A stretch of 64,000 bases of DNA from an uncultured Chloroflexia bacterium (GCA_963724295.1 CAVRUC010000011.1:1-64000), one strand, 5' to 3'. Counted from the first letter of the stretch, positions 1-10,270 are shown. A program made the numbers and translations. Notes: generated by a model from the letters alone, not told the origin.

Positions 1-201
1 GGCCCACGGCGCGGTGACTGACGATGGGGTCGGAGGTCGGGGGTGATGACTCGCTTCGCTCGTGGTGTCTGGGTGTCGTTCTCCCTGTCACCCTCACACC
101 CTCGTGACCCTGCCACCCATCATCCCGCCCTCCGAACGCCCCACGTCGTACAGTTCACGCCCTGACGATGCGATCGAGATGGCGAAGGGCGAATACTCCT
201 G

Positions 202-944
202 ATGGCTGACCACGAGCTCTATCTCCTGCATCTCGGACAGCTCGGGTTACCTGACGCTGAAACGGGTGAGACCCACTTCGCCCAGGTTCCCGGCTACCTG
301 ATCCGCACGGCGGAGGGGCGTACCGTCCTGGTCGATACCGGCAACCCGGTCGCGGTGATCGGGCAGCCGACAGCCGCGCCATGGTGGGATCACCCCAACG
401 ACACCGACCGCAGGATGACCTCGTGCCGCGCCTGGCCGAGCTCGGCTTGGCTCCCGGCGACGTCGATCTGCTGATCTCGACCCATTTCGATTTCGATCAT
501 TGCGGCCGGCACGATGCCTTCGCCGGCACGGGCATCACGTCGCTCGTGCAACGGGAGCATCTTGACGCGGCCCGCGACGATCCACGGTGCGACTCCGCCT
601 TGTGGGACATCCCCGGCATCGCCTACACCCCGGTCGATGGTGACCTCGAGCTGGAGCCGGGGTTGCGCCTGATCGCCTCCTCCGGACACGCCATCGGGCA
701 CCAATCGGTCTACGTCGAGACGGCCGACGGACCGGTGCTGCTGGCCATCGACGCCATCAGCATCCCCGAGCAGATCACCATGAACCGGTTCCCCAGCACC
801 ACCCCCGACCCCGAGGCGGCACGGCGGTCTCGCGACATGCTGGTGGCATTGGCCGCCGAAACGGGGGCTTTCCTGCTGATGGGCCACGACGCTCAGCAGT
901 GGGCGACCCTGCCCAAGAGCCCGGCGCCGTTCCGGCGGCCGTAA
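202..944 (+). CDS. Metallo-beta-lactamase-fold hydrolase, N-acyl homoserine lactonase (AiiA/AttM-like) family; frameshift near 410
   Basis: ORFs 202..474 (VPGYLIRT..VLVDTG) and 381..944 (THFDFDHCG, GHAIGHQS, AIDA, GHD) join into one MBL-fold protein. Confidence 0.8.
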
Positions 945-999
945 GTTCGGCGAGGAACGGAGAACCATTTGGGATGTTCAAAGAGAGCGCCGGCTACCG

Positions 1000-1944
1000 T
1001 CACTGGCCTGAGAGACGGGCGACGACGGGTGCGAACGGTTCCATCGCTTCCTGGAAGACGCTCGCGTAGGAAAAGCCGAATTGCTTCCGCAACCCGAGCA
1101 GCGTCTCAACGATTCCATTCTCGGAGCCGATCAGGGCGTGTGGGGAGGCCAGGAGTTGGTCGACGGTGAGAACGTCGGCGATGTCCCAATCGCGCAACAT
1201 GGTCTCGGCGGCTTGGCGCGGATCGTCGGTTACGGCGACGAAGATCGCCATTACGTGCAGTTCCACCCGATCTGTCCGCCCACCCGCGGCCTCCCGGACC
1301 CACGCCAGCTTCTGCGCGGTTGCCTCGGCCGAAATGCTCTCCCAATCAAGCCCACCTTCCGCTGACCCCTTGACCGACAGGCTGACGATATCGGCCTCTC
1401 GGGCCGCCAACGTCAGGACGCGCTTGCTAGCGCCGCCGATCAGGAGTGGCGGGTGTGGACGTTGCACTGGCTTGGGTCGCAGCTCGAACCCGCGAACCGT
1501 GTAGTGTGCGCCGGTGAAGTCGACCGGTTCATCGCCGAAGGCGGTCTTCAGGATCTGGACCGCTTCCCTCAGGCGCGCAACCCGGACTCCGGGTGGGTCG
1601 AACGGGATGCCGGCCGGCTCGTAGTCGGCACGGCGCCAACCGGCGCCTAGGCCGAGCTCGAAGCGACCGTCGGAGAGGACATCGAGGCTGGCGGCCTCCT
1701 TGGCGAAGATGACGGGGTGGCGGAAGTCGTTGGCGAAGACGCCGCACCCAAGCCGCAGCGTCGAAGTCACTTGTGCGGCGGCAGCGATGGCAGCGATCGG
1801 GGCGGGTTGGGTGCCCAGGTGATCGTTGATGGCGAGCGTTGAATAGCCCAGGATCTCAGCACGGCGAGCGAGTGTGAGCCAGTCTTCGCGTGAGGCGGCG
1901 TCGTAGGCGGCGACCCCGAAGCGGAACGGCAGGTGCGGGTGCAT
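1000..1944 (-). CDS. LLM-class F420-dependent oxidoreductase
   Basis: DHLG, NDFRHP, LDVLSDGRFELGLGAGW, PKPVQRPHPPLLIGG motifs; ATG at 1944 directly preceded by AGGAGG. Confidence 0.9.
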   Translation of the reverse strand: MHPHLPFRFGVAAYDAASREDWLTLARRAEILGYSTLAINDHLGTQPAPIAAIAAAAQVTSTLRLGCGVFANDFRHPVIFAKEAASLDVLSDGRFELGLGAGWRRADYEPAGIPFDPPGVRVARLREAVQILKTAFGDEPVDFTGAHYTVRGFELRPKPVQRPHPPLLIGGASKRVLTLAAREADIVSLSVKGSAEGGLDWESISAEATAQKLAWVREAAGGRTDRVELHVMAIFVAVTDDPRQAAETMLRDWDIADVLTVDQLLASPHALIGSENGIVETLLGLRKQFGFSYASVFQEAMEPFAPVVARLSGQ

Positions 1945-2001
1945 CCTCCTCACTCCTCCGATCGTCCATCCGTTCTTCACGCCCTATTCCTGCACCACCT
2001 A

Positions 2002-2445
2002 TCACCCATCCCCACGCCGTGTTGCGCTGCCGATGTACCGGGCGATGCCGATGAGCAGCACCAGCAACCCGAGGGGTGCGGCGCAGAAGGAGAGCATGAC
2101 GATCGTGCCCGTGTCGTCGACCTGGCCGATGGCCAGCAGCGCGGCGGCCAGGAGCAGCAGGAGCAACCCTCCGCCGATCACGGCGGCCGGCCGTGCGCCG
2201 AAGATCCAGGCGGCATTTTCTTGATCTGAATTCCTGGGGCGTTGGGAAGCATCAGGAGCGGACACCGCGGGTGTCACGGTCAGGGGCTCGGCGGGCGTCT
2301 CTCCGTCTGCCGCGGGCGCCGATAAGGGCAAGGGTGCGCCGCATTCGGCGCAGTAGCGGTCGCCGGCGCGATTCGACGTGCCACAGACGCCGCAGACGAT
2401 GGTCTCCTGCCCGCGTTGCCGATCATCCATTTCAGGTTCGCTCAC
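2002..2445 (-). CDS. Zinc-ribbon membrane protein
   Basis: CGVCGTSN..YCAECG ribbon, Pro/Ala linker, two C-terminal TM helices; GTG start with GGAGGAG RBS. Confidence 0.75.
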   Translation of the reverse strand: MSEPEMDDRQRGQETIVCGVCGTSNRAGDRYCAECGAPLPLSAPAADGETPAEPLTVTPAVSAPDASQRPRNSDQENAAWIFGARPAAVIGGGLLLLLLAAALLAIGQVDDTGTIVMLSFCAAPLGLLVLLIGIARYIGSATRRGDG

Positions 2446-2623
2446 TCGCCGCTCCTCCCCCGTCGTCCCATCGTGCCACCTCGCCGAGGGCGGCGGGAGC
2501 ATCCCCGACGAACCCCCCGGGCGTCAAGGCGGAGCACGCGCATGGTATTCCTATACCCAACGATCGCGACGGACTGCCGCGGCAGCGATCGCGGCCCGAA
2601 GGCTGGCACACGGGACAATCGGC

Positions 2624-3241
2624 TTGGCGGAAAACTCGGGAACCGGGAGTCGCGATCCGTGGGACGCGGGGACCAGCGCCGCGGGATCGACGGTCATCTA
2701 CTGTGGCCTCTGCGGCGCGCTCAATCCCGCGTCCAGTTACTATTGCGCCGCCTGCGGCACGACGCTGGTCGATGCGTTTCACGCCACGGAAGGGCTGCGC
2801 GTCTTCGAGCGTCCCGATCCGGCGGCGCGGCTGATCGAGATTCTTCCTTCCGGCGGCGAGCTCGAGGTCGTCGACGATCCGGCGGCATCGGCCGACTGGC
2901 TGCGGATCCGCCTGCCCTATGGGCGGCTCGGCTATGTGCAGGCGGCGGAAGCCGCCGCCGCGGCCCCCGGGCCGGCAGCCACGCACCGCATCCGCCCCCC
3001 TGATATCAACACCAACGCGCGCGGCTGCGTCACCTCGAGCGCGGCGCTGTGGGCGTTGGCGCTGCTGGTGGTGACGGCGGTCTTCGGCGTGGTGATCGTG
3101 GTCCGGGCGCGCCCGGAAGACGCGGGGCTGCTGGGCATCGTGTTCTGCATCACGCTCGGTCCGCTGATCCTGCTCACCATCGGCGCCTACGTCGCGGCGC
3201 GGACGCGAGAAGATCAGCTCACCGACGAGGGTGATGGGTGA
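2624..3241 (+). CDS. Zinc-ribbon + SH3-like domain membrane protein (start uncertain)
   Basis: CGLCGALN..YCAACG; LRVFERPD..WLRIRLPYGRLGYV is SH3b-like; two C-terminal TM helices. Confidence 0.7.
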   Translation: MAENSGTGSRDPWDAGTSAAGSTVIYCGLCGALNPASSYYCAACGTTLVDAFHATEGLRVFERPDPAARLIEILPSGGELEVVDDPAASADWLRIRLPYGRLGYVQAAEAAAAAPGPAATHRIRPPDINTNARGCVTSSAALWALALLVVTAVFGVVIVVRARPEDAGLLGIVFCITLGPLILLTIGAYVAARTREDQLTDEGDG

Positions 3242-3370
3242 TGGGTGTCGGGTGATGGGTCATAGGGTCACAGGGGACGACCTCTCGTTCTCCCTATCAC
3301 CCCATCACCACGAGCGGAGCGAGTAATCACCCTATCACCGTGAGCGCAGCGAGTAACTACCCTGTCACCG
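3229..3370. repeat. Composite intergenic repeat: GGGTGAT heptamers plus CACCACGAGCGnAGCGAGTAA..CACCGTGAGCGCAGCGA core
   Basis: Same core at 4984-5040, 14666-14744 and 43792-43848 (inverted); half copies at 46-67 and 8611-8634. Confidence 0.85.
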
Positions 3371-3830
3371 CGGCTCTTGCGCGGCGAATCTGATCGGCGT
3401 GGTCGTGGGCATGGACGCCGTAGATGCGCAGCCAGTCCTCGACCGAGTAGGAGCCGCTCTCGCTGTGCGTGCCGGCCCGCCGCCACTGCGCCTCGCTGAG
3501 ACGGCGCAGGATCGGAGCGGTCGCCGCGCGAGCTGCTTCGAAGGCAGCCAGTGACGGCTCGATCGGGCGATCGGGATAGAGGTTGCGGACGAACGCCTCC
3601 TGGTCATATCCGAAGATGGTCGGCGCGTCCTGTGCGATCAGCAGCCGCAGCCGGATAGCCGAGGTCATCTCGCTGTCGGCCAGATGGTGAACGATCTCGC
3701 GCGGGCTCCACTCCCCCGGCGCCTCGCGCGCCTCCAGCTCCGCGTCGGTCATCGCCTCCAGTGCCGCCGATACGGCCCGGAAGCCGTCCTCGTACTGATC
3801 GATCAGGACCTCACGTTCCGCCGCGTCCAT
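3357..3830 (-). CDS. DinB family protein
   Basis: PGEWSPREIVHHLADSE and HAHDHADQI. Confidence 0.88.
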   Translation of the reverse strand: MDAAEREVLIDQYEDGFRAVSAALEAMTDAELEAREAPGEWSPREIVHHLADSEMTSAIRLRLLIAQDAPTIFGYDQEAFVRNLYPDRPIEPSLAAFEAARAATAPILRRLSEAQWRRAGTHSESGSYSVEDWLRIYGVHAHDHADQIRRARAAVTG

Positions 3831-3839
3831 GCGTCCCCC

Positions 3840-4430
3840 TCAACCGGTCGCGTCCTGCTCGCCGTGCTCCATCCACCATTCCGTAAACTCGACGCAGCGT
3901 CCTGTCGGGTCGAACCGGATCACCCACAAGTTGCTGAAGTCCGTCGGTGGCTCGACGTAGTGGGTCCAGCCGCGCACGATCGCCAGATCCGCGGTCGCCG
4001 CCAGGACCTGGTAGCGGAACGCCCAGGATCCCGGCTCGTCCTTGCGCTCGAGCCAACCGGCGACGATGCCGTCCCGGTCGCGCCACGGCTCCGTGTCTGG
4101 TTCCGGGTAGTAGAGCGCCTGCTCGGCGAAGAGGTCGCCGATCACGCCAGGATCGTTCGTCTCCCAGGCGCGCAGGTAGCGCTCGACCCAGTCAGTCACG
4201 GGAGATTCAGGCAATGGGTTCCTCCGGGATGTCCGTCCTGATGAGGCTTGCCCTTGCAGAAGCGCGAGTCCGGCGCGAAGGCGCTCGCCGAGGCGGAACA
4301 TGCTGGCATGCGGAACGGAGTGGTTTCGGCGTCCCCTCAACCCGATGCGGTCCCCTGGGGCCATAACGAGGTCGGCATCATACTCCTGAGCGAGGGCCTG
4401 CAAACTGTCCCAAGCGGTGTAGGCGATCAT
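3840..4430 (-). CDS. NTF2/SnoaL-like protein (core ~3840-4214) with an in-frame ~70-aa N-terminal segment
   Basis: WVERYLRAWETND..LFAEQALY..NLWVIRFD..CVEFTEWW; ATG at 4430 with AAAGGAAG RBS. Confidence 0.75.
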   Translation of the reverse strand: MIAYTAWDSLQALAQEYDADLVMAPGDRIGLRGRRNHSVPHASMFRLGERLRAGLALLQGQASSGRTSRRNPLPESPVTDWVERYLRAWETNDPGVIGDLFAEQALYYPEPDTEPWRDRDGIVAGWLERKDEPGSWAFRYQVLAATADLAIVRGWTHYVEPPTDFSNLWVIRFDPTGRCVEFTEWWMEHGEQDATG

Positions 4431-4557
4431 CCGGGTCTTCCTTTCTGATACAGCAATAGAACGCGGCAGGCCCCCGATTCGTGAGATCGCCAGTCGTCCC
4501 ATCTGCTCTCTCCGACCGGCTATGATCGGTGTCATGGGCGAGGGAGAAGGTCGCGGA

Positions 4558-4923
4558 ATGGACGCCAGACATGCTTTCGATCCGGCGCTACGGCCGGCGG
4601 TGGTCTGCCGGCAGCTGCTTCAGGCCAGCGACGCCTCGGAAGGGCGGCGCAAGCGGCGAAAAAGGAACACGACCCCGGACAGCCTGGGCATGGAGGTCAA
4701 GCGGGAGCTGCTGGAAGCGGTCGTCACCGACGATCCGGACCCGGATGCCTTCGAAGCCTGGCTCTTCGCGCGCGTGCAGGCATCCGGCGCGCTGGCGGGC
4801 GCGACCCGCTCCATGGCGCTCCAGGTGTGGGATGAATGGCAGTTCGCCCTCGCTTCCGGCGGCTTCCGTGCCTGGCTGGCCGCCGGCGCGCCGAGCGACG
4901 ACTCGGACAGGGGTGATCGGTGA
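4558..4923 (+). CDS. Hypothetical protein
   Basis: ORF with host-like codon usage; RKRNTTPDSLGM..DPDPDAFEAWL..GAPSDD. Confidence 0.65.
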   Translation: MDARHAFDPALRPAVVCRQLLQASDASEGRRKRRKRNTTPDSLGMEVKRELLEAVVTDDPDPDAFEAWLFARVQASGALAGATRSMALQVWDEWQFALASGGFRAWLAAGAPSDDSDRGDR

Positions 4924-5041
4924 TGGGTGGCGGGGTCACAGGGTGTCAGGGAGAACGATGACCCCGCCACCCCGCCACCCCGCCACCACGAGCGTAGCGA
5001 GTAACCACCCTGTCACCGTGAGCGCAGCGAACACTCACCCT
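4911..5041. repeat. Composite intergenic repeat (same family as 3229-3370)
   Basis: GGGTGAT and CCCGCCAC tandem units plus conserved core. Confidence 0.85.
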
Positions 5042-5588
5042 AACGACTTCCGAAGGTCGTCGTCCAGTACCAGCCGTATTTGGAGCGCCTGTCGTAGGCG
5101 CGGCCGATACCGATCTCGGTGAAGCTCTTGTTGCGCATGTTGCGGTCGTGCTCACGGCTCGACTTCCAGGCTTTCATGACCGACTTCGCCGTCTCCTGGC
5201 CGGCGGCGATGTTCTCCCCAATGGAGGACCAGTTCGTGTAGCCGAAGCGCTCGATGTTCTCCTCCGGTGAGTCGCCGTTTGAGAGCTTATGGCTGAAGTA
5301 GTTCTTGTTGGCCATGTCCTGGGAATGGTGCTCAGCCGCCGCGCCAAGCTGGTTCTGGAGGGTGAGCTTGCCGGCGCCGTTCTTCCGCCGGTAGGCGTTG
5401 ATCAGGTCGAGGAAGGCGCGCTCTTGTCTGTCAGGCGAGTAGCCCCCTGCAGCGACAGGCTCGCGCTCCATGATGAAGCCGAGACCGAGAGCGGCCGGTA
5501 GGGCGGCGAGGCGTGCCAGAAGGCGGCGCCGGCTGCTCCGGGTGGTATCGGACAGCGCGACGATGCCCGGTGTGCGATCGTGGTCCAC
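5040..5588 (-). CDS. CAP (SCP) domain secreted protein with Tat-like signal
   Basis: SRRRLL signal; LINAYRR, HSQDMA..YFSH, GENIAAG, WKSS..H..NM, IGIG, YWTTTFG. Confidence 0.9.
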   Translation of the reverse strand: MDHDRTPGIVALSDTTRSSRRRLLARLAALPAALGLGFIMEREPVAAGGYSPDRQERAFLDLINAYRRKNGAGKLTLQNQLGAAAEHHSQDMANKNYFSHKLSNGDSPEENIERFGYTNWSSIGENIAAGQETAKSVMKAWKSSREHDRNMRNKSFTEIGIGRAYDRRSKYGWYWTTTFGSR

Positions 5589-5741
5589 GAGGTTCCCTCC
5601 AGGTGCTGGAGCGCGGGGATGATCCCCGGCCGGCAGTCACTGGTCCCGAACGCGCGGGCGGGATATTCGGTTGCGGACCCGAGCGCACGCCGCCGGAGCT
5701 GGCAGGACCAGCCCCGTGACGATTCGCGTTGGGCTCAGGGG

Positions 5742-7106
5742 CTAGTACACGGTCACCGGTGTCCCCAGGGGCGCCCAGCCGTAGAGGAACTCGGAGACCG
5801 GGAGCGGCAGGTTGATGCAGCCGTGGCTCATGCGCTGGCCGAAGTTGTTGTGCCAGTAGGCGCCGTGCAACGCCTCCGCGTCGAGATTGACGTACATCAC
5901 GTTTGGCACGTCGGCGACCCCGTAGGGGATGCTGCCAGGCGGCTCCTTACCCCCGTCTCCGACCACCCAGATGACATTGCCCTCCGCATCCGTGGCCCCA
6001 CGCATGTCCTCGACCGGCACCTTGTAGCGAATGCGGAAGCGGCCGGTCTCGGTGTCGTTCGGGGGCAACCCGGTGCTGATGAAGGTCTCCAGGACGAGCG
6101 TCTCGCCCTCGTAGGCGCGGAGACGCTGTTCGGGGATGCTGACCTCGATCCGTTTGGGACCGGGCGTCGTCGCGACGTCGACCGGGAAGGGGTTGGCGAC
6201 TTTGACGAAGAGCGACTCATCGTAGCTGGGCACGCCTGCCGATGGCACGCGTGAGGTGCTCACACCGAGGCGCGCGGCGAGCCGCTCGCCCAGCGGCGCC
6301 AGCTGCACGCCTTCAGGGGTCTCGACCAGCAACCCGCGCTCGAACCATTGCGCGGGCATCCCGTTGTCGGTAACAACTTCAGAGAGCGGCGAGCCGAGGT
6401 AGTAATCCCCCTCGTGGCGCGTGGACCACTCCAGGAAGGCGCCGGAGACCGTGTGGCCGGTGATGCCGTCGTAGATACCGCCGGCGGCGATTGTCTCCTG
6501 TACGACCGGATCATCCGGCGCAAGTGGCAGCATGGCGGGAGAGCGGTTCCCACTGGCAAGGCGCTTGCCGCCGGCGAGGGGCCCGAGCCCGCTGGATCGC
6601 TCGCCGATGAGGAGGCGTCCGATCGGCATCGGCCGCACGAACGGTTCGACGGTCCAGACCAGGCTGGGCAGGTATTGCAGCACCCCGCGCTCGAAGACCT
6701 GGGAGTAGTACCCATCCGAGCTGGCGAACGGCTCCGAGATTGGGGGGCCGAACATGACTTCTTCGCCGGTGGCGCGCCAGTAGTCGAGGAACACTCCACT
6801 GAGGGTGTGCCCCGTCTCTTCGATATAGACGGAAAAATCGGGCTGGCCGACCGCCGGCGGCAGCTCGGCGTTGTCGAGGAACGAAATCGCGGCGAACGCG
6901 GCCGCGTCTTCTTGCCCATCCGCCAGCGCCAGGGGATCGTCCTGCGCCTGAACCTGCTCCGCCGCAATCAGCACCGCCGCGGGCGATCCTATCAGCACAG
7001 CGGCGAACGCCAGGCACAGGCCCCGTTGCCAACGTTCCACGGTGCCCCGCCGGTGTCGCCACCGGAAAGCCGCGTATCCCCCACTCCTCATTGTCCCCAA
7101 CCCCAA
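5742..7106 (-). CDS. L,D-transpeptidase (YkuD domain) with ETGH repeats
   Basis: ALHGAYWHNNFGQRMSHGCINL catalytic motif; ETGHTL/ITGHTV..FG.PISE..Q.FERG repeats; signal/TM segment. Confidence 0.92.
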   Translation of the reverse strand: MGLGTMRSGGYAAFRWRHRRGTVERWQRGLCLAFAAVLIGSPAAVLIAAEQVQAQDDPLALADGQEDAAAFAAISFLDNAELPPAVGQPDFSVYIEETGHTLSGVFLDYWRATGEEVMFGPPISEPFASSDGYYSQVFERGVLQYLPSLVWTVEPFVRPMPIGRLLIGERSSGLGPLAGGKRLASGNRSPAMLPLAPDDPVVQETIAAGGIYDGITGHTVSGAFLEWSTRHEGDYYLGSPLSEVVTDNGMPAQWFERGLLVETPEGVQLAPLGERLAARLGVSTSRVPSAGVPSYDESLFVKVANPFPVDVATTPGPKRIEVSIPEQRLRAYEGETLVLETFISTGLPPNDTETGRFRIRYKVPVEDMRGATDAEGNVIWVVGDGGKEPPGSIPYGVADVPNVMYVNLDAEALHGAYWHNNFGQRMSHGCINLPLPVSEFLYGWAPLGTPVTVY

Positions 7107-7325
7107 ATCTCACCCCGCGGGGTGTTGCGTCCGCCCCGACCACGAGCCCTTCCCAAGGCTCACGGTCATGTTCTCTCTAGGATAGCAATGGCCGTGCCCG
7201 CCTGTAACCCCACGGGGGTGATGGGTCATAGGGTGATGGGTGATAGGGCTGTCGGCTAGCAGCCATTTCTCTACGCCCTTCCTGGCCGACTTACCGACGC
7301 CCGACCTCCGACCTCCGACTCCCGA

Positions 7326-8060
7326 CTACACACCAATGTCCAGAACACCGTTCGCGACGAGTGCCCACAGGGCGGCGGCGATGACGCCGATGAAGAGAAG
7401 GACCAGCAGCAACGTCTCCCAAACGTCACGGTGGCGGCGCTCCCCAGGGGCGGGCGCCGCGACCGCCGTGGCCGGCGCTTGGTCAGCGGGCGCCGCTTCA
7501 CGCTCAGGCTCCGAATCAGGCCCGGGTGCGGAGTCGGGCTCAGGCGCGAACAGGGTCGCGGTGGGCGGCGTGGTCTCCCGGTGCGTAGCCACGCTGGCGG
7601 GCGCCGCGGTGGACGCGTTCGTACCGGACCAATCCGGTCCGGCGGATGGCGCGCGGCGCGCAACGGCTTCCCGCAGGGCGGGCTCGACGCTGGACTCGTC
7701 AGAGCGGCGTGCTGTTCCCTCCCACCGCACCGCGAGATCGCGCAACCATTGCGGGAAGTCATCGTCGCTGAGAAAGGTGCGGGGATCGGCGCGGGGACCG
7801 AGCGGGGCTCCGTCCACGATCTGCTCGGGAGCGACGTGAGGATTGAGGGGAGCGACAGGCGCGGACTCGACAGTGGGGGTCGGCGGCTCCCGCAGCCAGG
7901 AGGGCATGGACGCGCCCAAGCCGCCATCGGGCAACGGCGGCAGCGGCGGCAGCTCCGCCTCGGCGTCCCACTCATCGATCTCGGCCAGCGGGGTGCCGCA
8001 GAGTACACAGAGCGTGCGGCTAGTGTCGTTCCAGGCGCCACAGCCTTGGCACTCGGTCAC
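7326..8060 (-). CDS. Zinc-ribbon, Pro-rich protein with C-terminal membrane anchor
   Basis: CQGCG..N..LCVLCG; MPSWL and FPQWL motifs; C-terminal TM helix. Confidence 0.7.
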   Translation of the reverse strand: MTECQGCGAWNDTSRTLCVLCGTPLAEIDEWDAEAELPPLPPLPDGGLGASMPSWLREPPTPTVESAPVAPLNPHVAPEQIVDGAPLGPRADPRTFLSDDDFPQWLRDLAVRWEGTARRSDESSVEPALREAVARRAPSAGPDWSGTNASTAAPASVATHRETTPPTATLFAPEPDSAPGPDSEPEREAAPADQAPATAVAAPAPGERRHRDVWETLLLVLLFIGVIAAALWALVANGVLDIGV

Positions 8061-8136
8061 GGACCGCCCTCCGGGAGCGTTCAGGCGAGGCGCCTCTTCC
8101 TCGCCCCGAGTATAGCCGCCGCTCCTGGCGATAATA

Positions 8137-8613
8137 ATGGAGACGGCGCCCGCGCCTTGTCCCCGCACGATGGTGAGCGAGTCAGCAGGAGGCAGCGGCG
8201 TGGACGGCGCGAGTGCGGAGCCTTCCTATAGTGCATGGATGCTGGAGGAGATGCGCCGGCGCGAGTGGCGCCAGGCGGACTTCGCGCGGGCCGCGGGCGT
8301 AGACGTCTCGATGGTCTCGCGCTGGTTGCAGGGTCGCCGTCCCGATCCGGCGTCATTAGAGCGGGTCGCCTCGGCGCTCGGCGTCGACCTCGATGCCCTG
8401 CTGACCCTGGCTGGGCACCGGCCGCGGTCGCCGCGGGACGACGATCCGCGGGTGGCGTCGCTGGTGGCGAAGGTGCGTCAGGTGACATGGACCGCGGAGC
8501 GCTTCCTGATCGTGGATGCGCTGCTGGACGATCTGCGCCAGCGCTCGTCGCGGGTGCCGATCGAGCAGGTCTCACTGCCTGGGATGGATGGCGAGGGTGA
8601 GGGTGATAGATGA
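8137..8613 (+). CDS. XRE-family HTH transcriptional regulator
   Basis: WRQADFARAAGVDVSMVSRWLQGRRP. Confidence 0.85.
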   Translation: METAPAPCPRTMVSESAGGSGVDGASAEPSYSAWMLEEMRRREWRQADFARAAGVDVSMVSRWLQGRRPDPASLERVASALGVDLDALLTLAGHRPRSPRDDDPRVASLVAKVRQVTWTAERFLIVDALLDDLRQRSSRVPIEQVSLPGMDGEGEGDR

Positions 8614-8730
8614 TTACTCGCTACGCTCGTGGTGGCAGGGTGGCGGGGGATCGTTCTCCCTGCCACCCTGCCACCCTGCCACCCTGTGACCCCGCCACCC
8701 ATCACCGATCACCCATCACCCATCACCCTC
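8594..8730. repeat. Composite intergenic repeat (half core, CCCTGCCA x3, CCATCAC units)
   Basis: Visible tandem 7-8-mers between convergent genes. Confidence 0.8.
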
Positions 8731-9452
8731 ACAATGCTCTGCTGCCCGAACAGGGGCTCCACGTGCACGCCGAGACGGGCGTAGACCTGCGGGGGGATCC
8801 CAATGTCGGCTATGGCGAGCTCGCCGGTGACCGGCCGCGCAGTGGGAGCGAGGAGCCCGGTCTTGGGCAGAGCGAGCGTGAGGGTGGCGTCGGCTCGAAT
8901 GCAGGGGTCGTAGGGATGCCCCGTCCGGGCGTCCAGACCGGACGGGAGATCGACGGCGAGAACCGGCGCCGGATGGGCATTGGCCGCGGTGATGAGATGC
9001 GCGGCGGGCCCCGACGGGGGTCCGCTGAGACCGAAGCCGAGCAGCGCATCGACGATCAGGTCGGCGTCAGGGAACGCGGAGGACTCATCCTGGTCCGGCG
9101 GGTGGATGGGTAGTCCAAGGGCACGCAGCGATCGCAAGTGATGGGCCGCGGCGCTTTGCACGCGCAGGGTGGCTGCGTCATGGCTGAGCCAGACCGCGGG
9201 CTGACCGCCCCAGCTGTGCAGGAAGCGGGCGGCGACCATGCCGTCGCCACCATTGCCGCCACTCCCGGCTAGCACGAGTACCGTCTTGCCGCGGGCATCG
9301 CCCCCAAGGAAGCGCTCGCGCGCCCACGCCGCGACTGCTTGGCCGGCTACTTCCATCAGCTGCAGCACCGTGACGCCGACGTCGTTGACCATGATGCGAT
9401 CGACCCGCGACATCTGGTCAGGAGTGAGGGCCGGGATCGGCGGCGCGGGCAC
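8709..9452 (-). CDS. nnrE: NAD(P)H-hydrate epimerase (stand-alone YjeF_N)
   Basis: LMEVAG, GSGGNGGDG, DALLGFG, AVDLPSG, TLTLALPK, ADIGIP. Confidence 0.9.
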   Translation of the reverse strand: MPAPPIPALTPDQMSRVDRIMVNDVGVTVLQLMEVAGQAVAAWARERFLGGDARGKTVLVLAGSGGNGGDGMVAARFLHSWGGQPAVWLSHDAATLRVQSAAAHHLRSLRALGLPIHPPDQDESSAFPDADLIVDALLGFGLSGPPSGPAAHLITAANAHPAPVLAVDLPSGLDARTGHPYDPCIRADATLTLALPKTGLLAPTARPVTGELAIADIGIPPQVYARLGVHVEPLFGQQSIVRVMGDG

Positions 9453-9750
9453 GGCGAGATCTCCTTCCGGAGAAGGTCGGCAGCGTGCGGCGACCGCGTC
9501 AGAACGCACGTTCCGGGGTGAAACGGCCGGGTCAATCCGGACGTTTGATACACTGAGCGACACCTGTTGGCCGAGGTATCTCGGAGGCAGGACGACGCAT
9601 GGCGATCTCCGGTTGACACCGGCAGGATCGGATGATAGCGTGGCATGGGGGACGCCCGAGGCAATGCCATCCGGGTTCAATCCGGATAGCTCCGTGCTCC
9701 GTTGGTAGTCGCGGGTAGCCTGAGGCGTAGCAGGGAGGGAAGCCGAGAGC

Positions 9751-10098
9751 ATGAAGAATCGACGGGATACCCGATTGATCGGTCACGCGCGGCGTGTCCT
9801 GGTGATTGGTGTACCGGCCGTGGGCCTGGCGCTGGCCATGGTTGGCGTTGTCCCGGCGCAGCAGACTCTTGCGCAGGAGAGCAGCGGCGGCTCGATCACC
9901 ATCGGCGGTGACATTGCCGCCACGGTAGCGGCCGCGGTCGCGGACATCGACACCAATGGCAGCAGCACAACCATTGGCGGTGTCTCGTCCGAGGAGAACA
10001 CTCTCGAGTTTGGCGACGACGAAAGCGTGGCCATCTCCGACGCGAGTGGCGGCCACCACAACGTGTCGGAGAAGAGTGGATCGCACCACGACGACTAA
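9751..10098 (+). CDS. Small secreted protein, AIxDASGGxxN family (paralogue 1)
   Basis: Signal peptide ending TLAQ; C-terminal AISDASGGHHNVS shared with next two genes. Confidence 0.8.
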   Translation: MKNRRDTRLIGHARRVLVIGVPAVGLALAMVGVVPAQQTLAQESSGGSITIGGDIAATVAAAVADIDTNGSSTTIGGVSSEENTLEFGDDESVAISDASGGHHNVSEKSGSHHDD

Positions 10099-10270
10099 GC
10101 GGGGTGATCTGTCGTCGTACGGTTGAGGGTTTCACTCCCGCACCTTCACGATACATGTGACAGGGAAACCCCGAGGCATTTCCATCCGGATGCACATCCA
10201 ATGCGGATGGCACTGCCAAAAGCTTGAATCTGTTTCCGGGACGGCGGGCAGAAGGGAAGGGCGAACGATC

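Noticed and set aside
9620..9695. tRNA suggested by the CCGGGTTCAATCCGG T-loop-like hairpin (similar motif at 10822-10838)
   Set aside because: No acceptor stem, D arm or anticodon arm could be built
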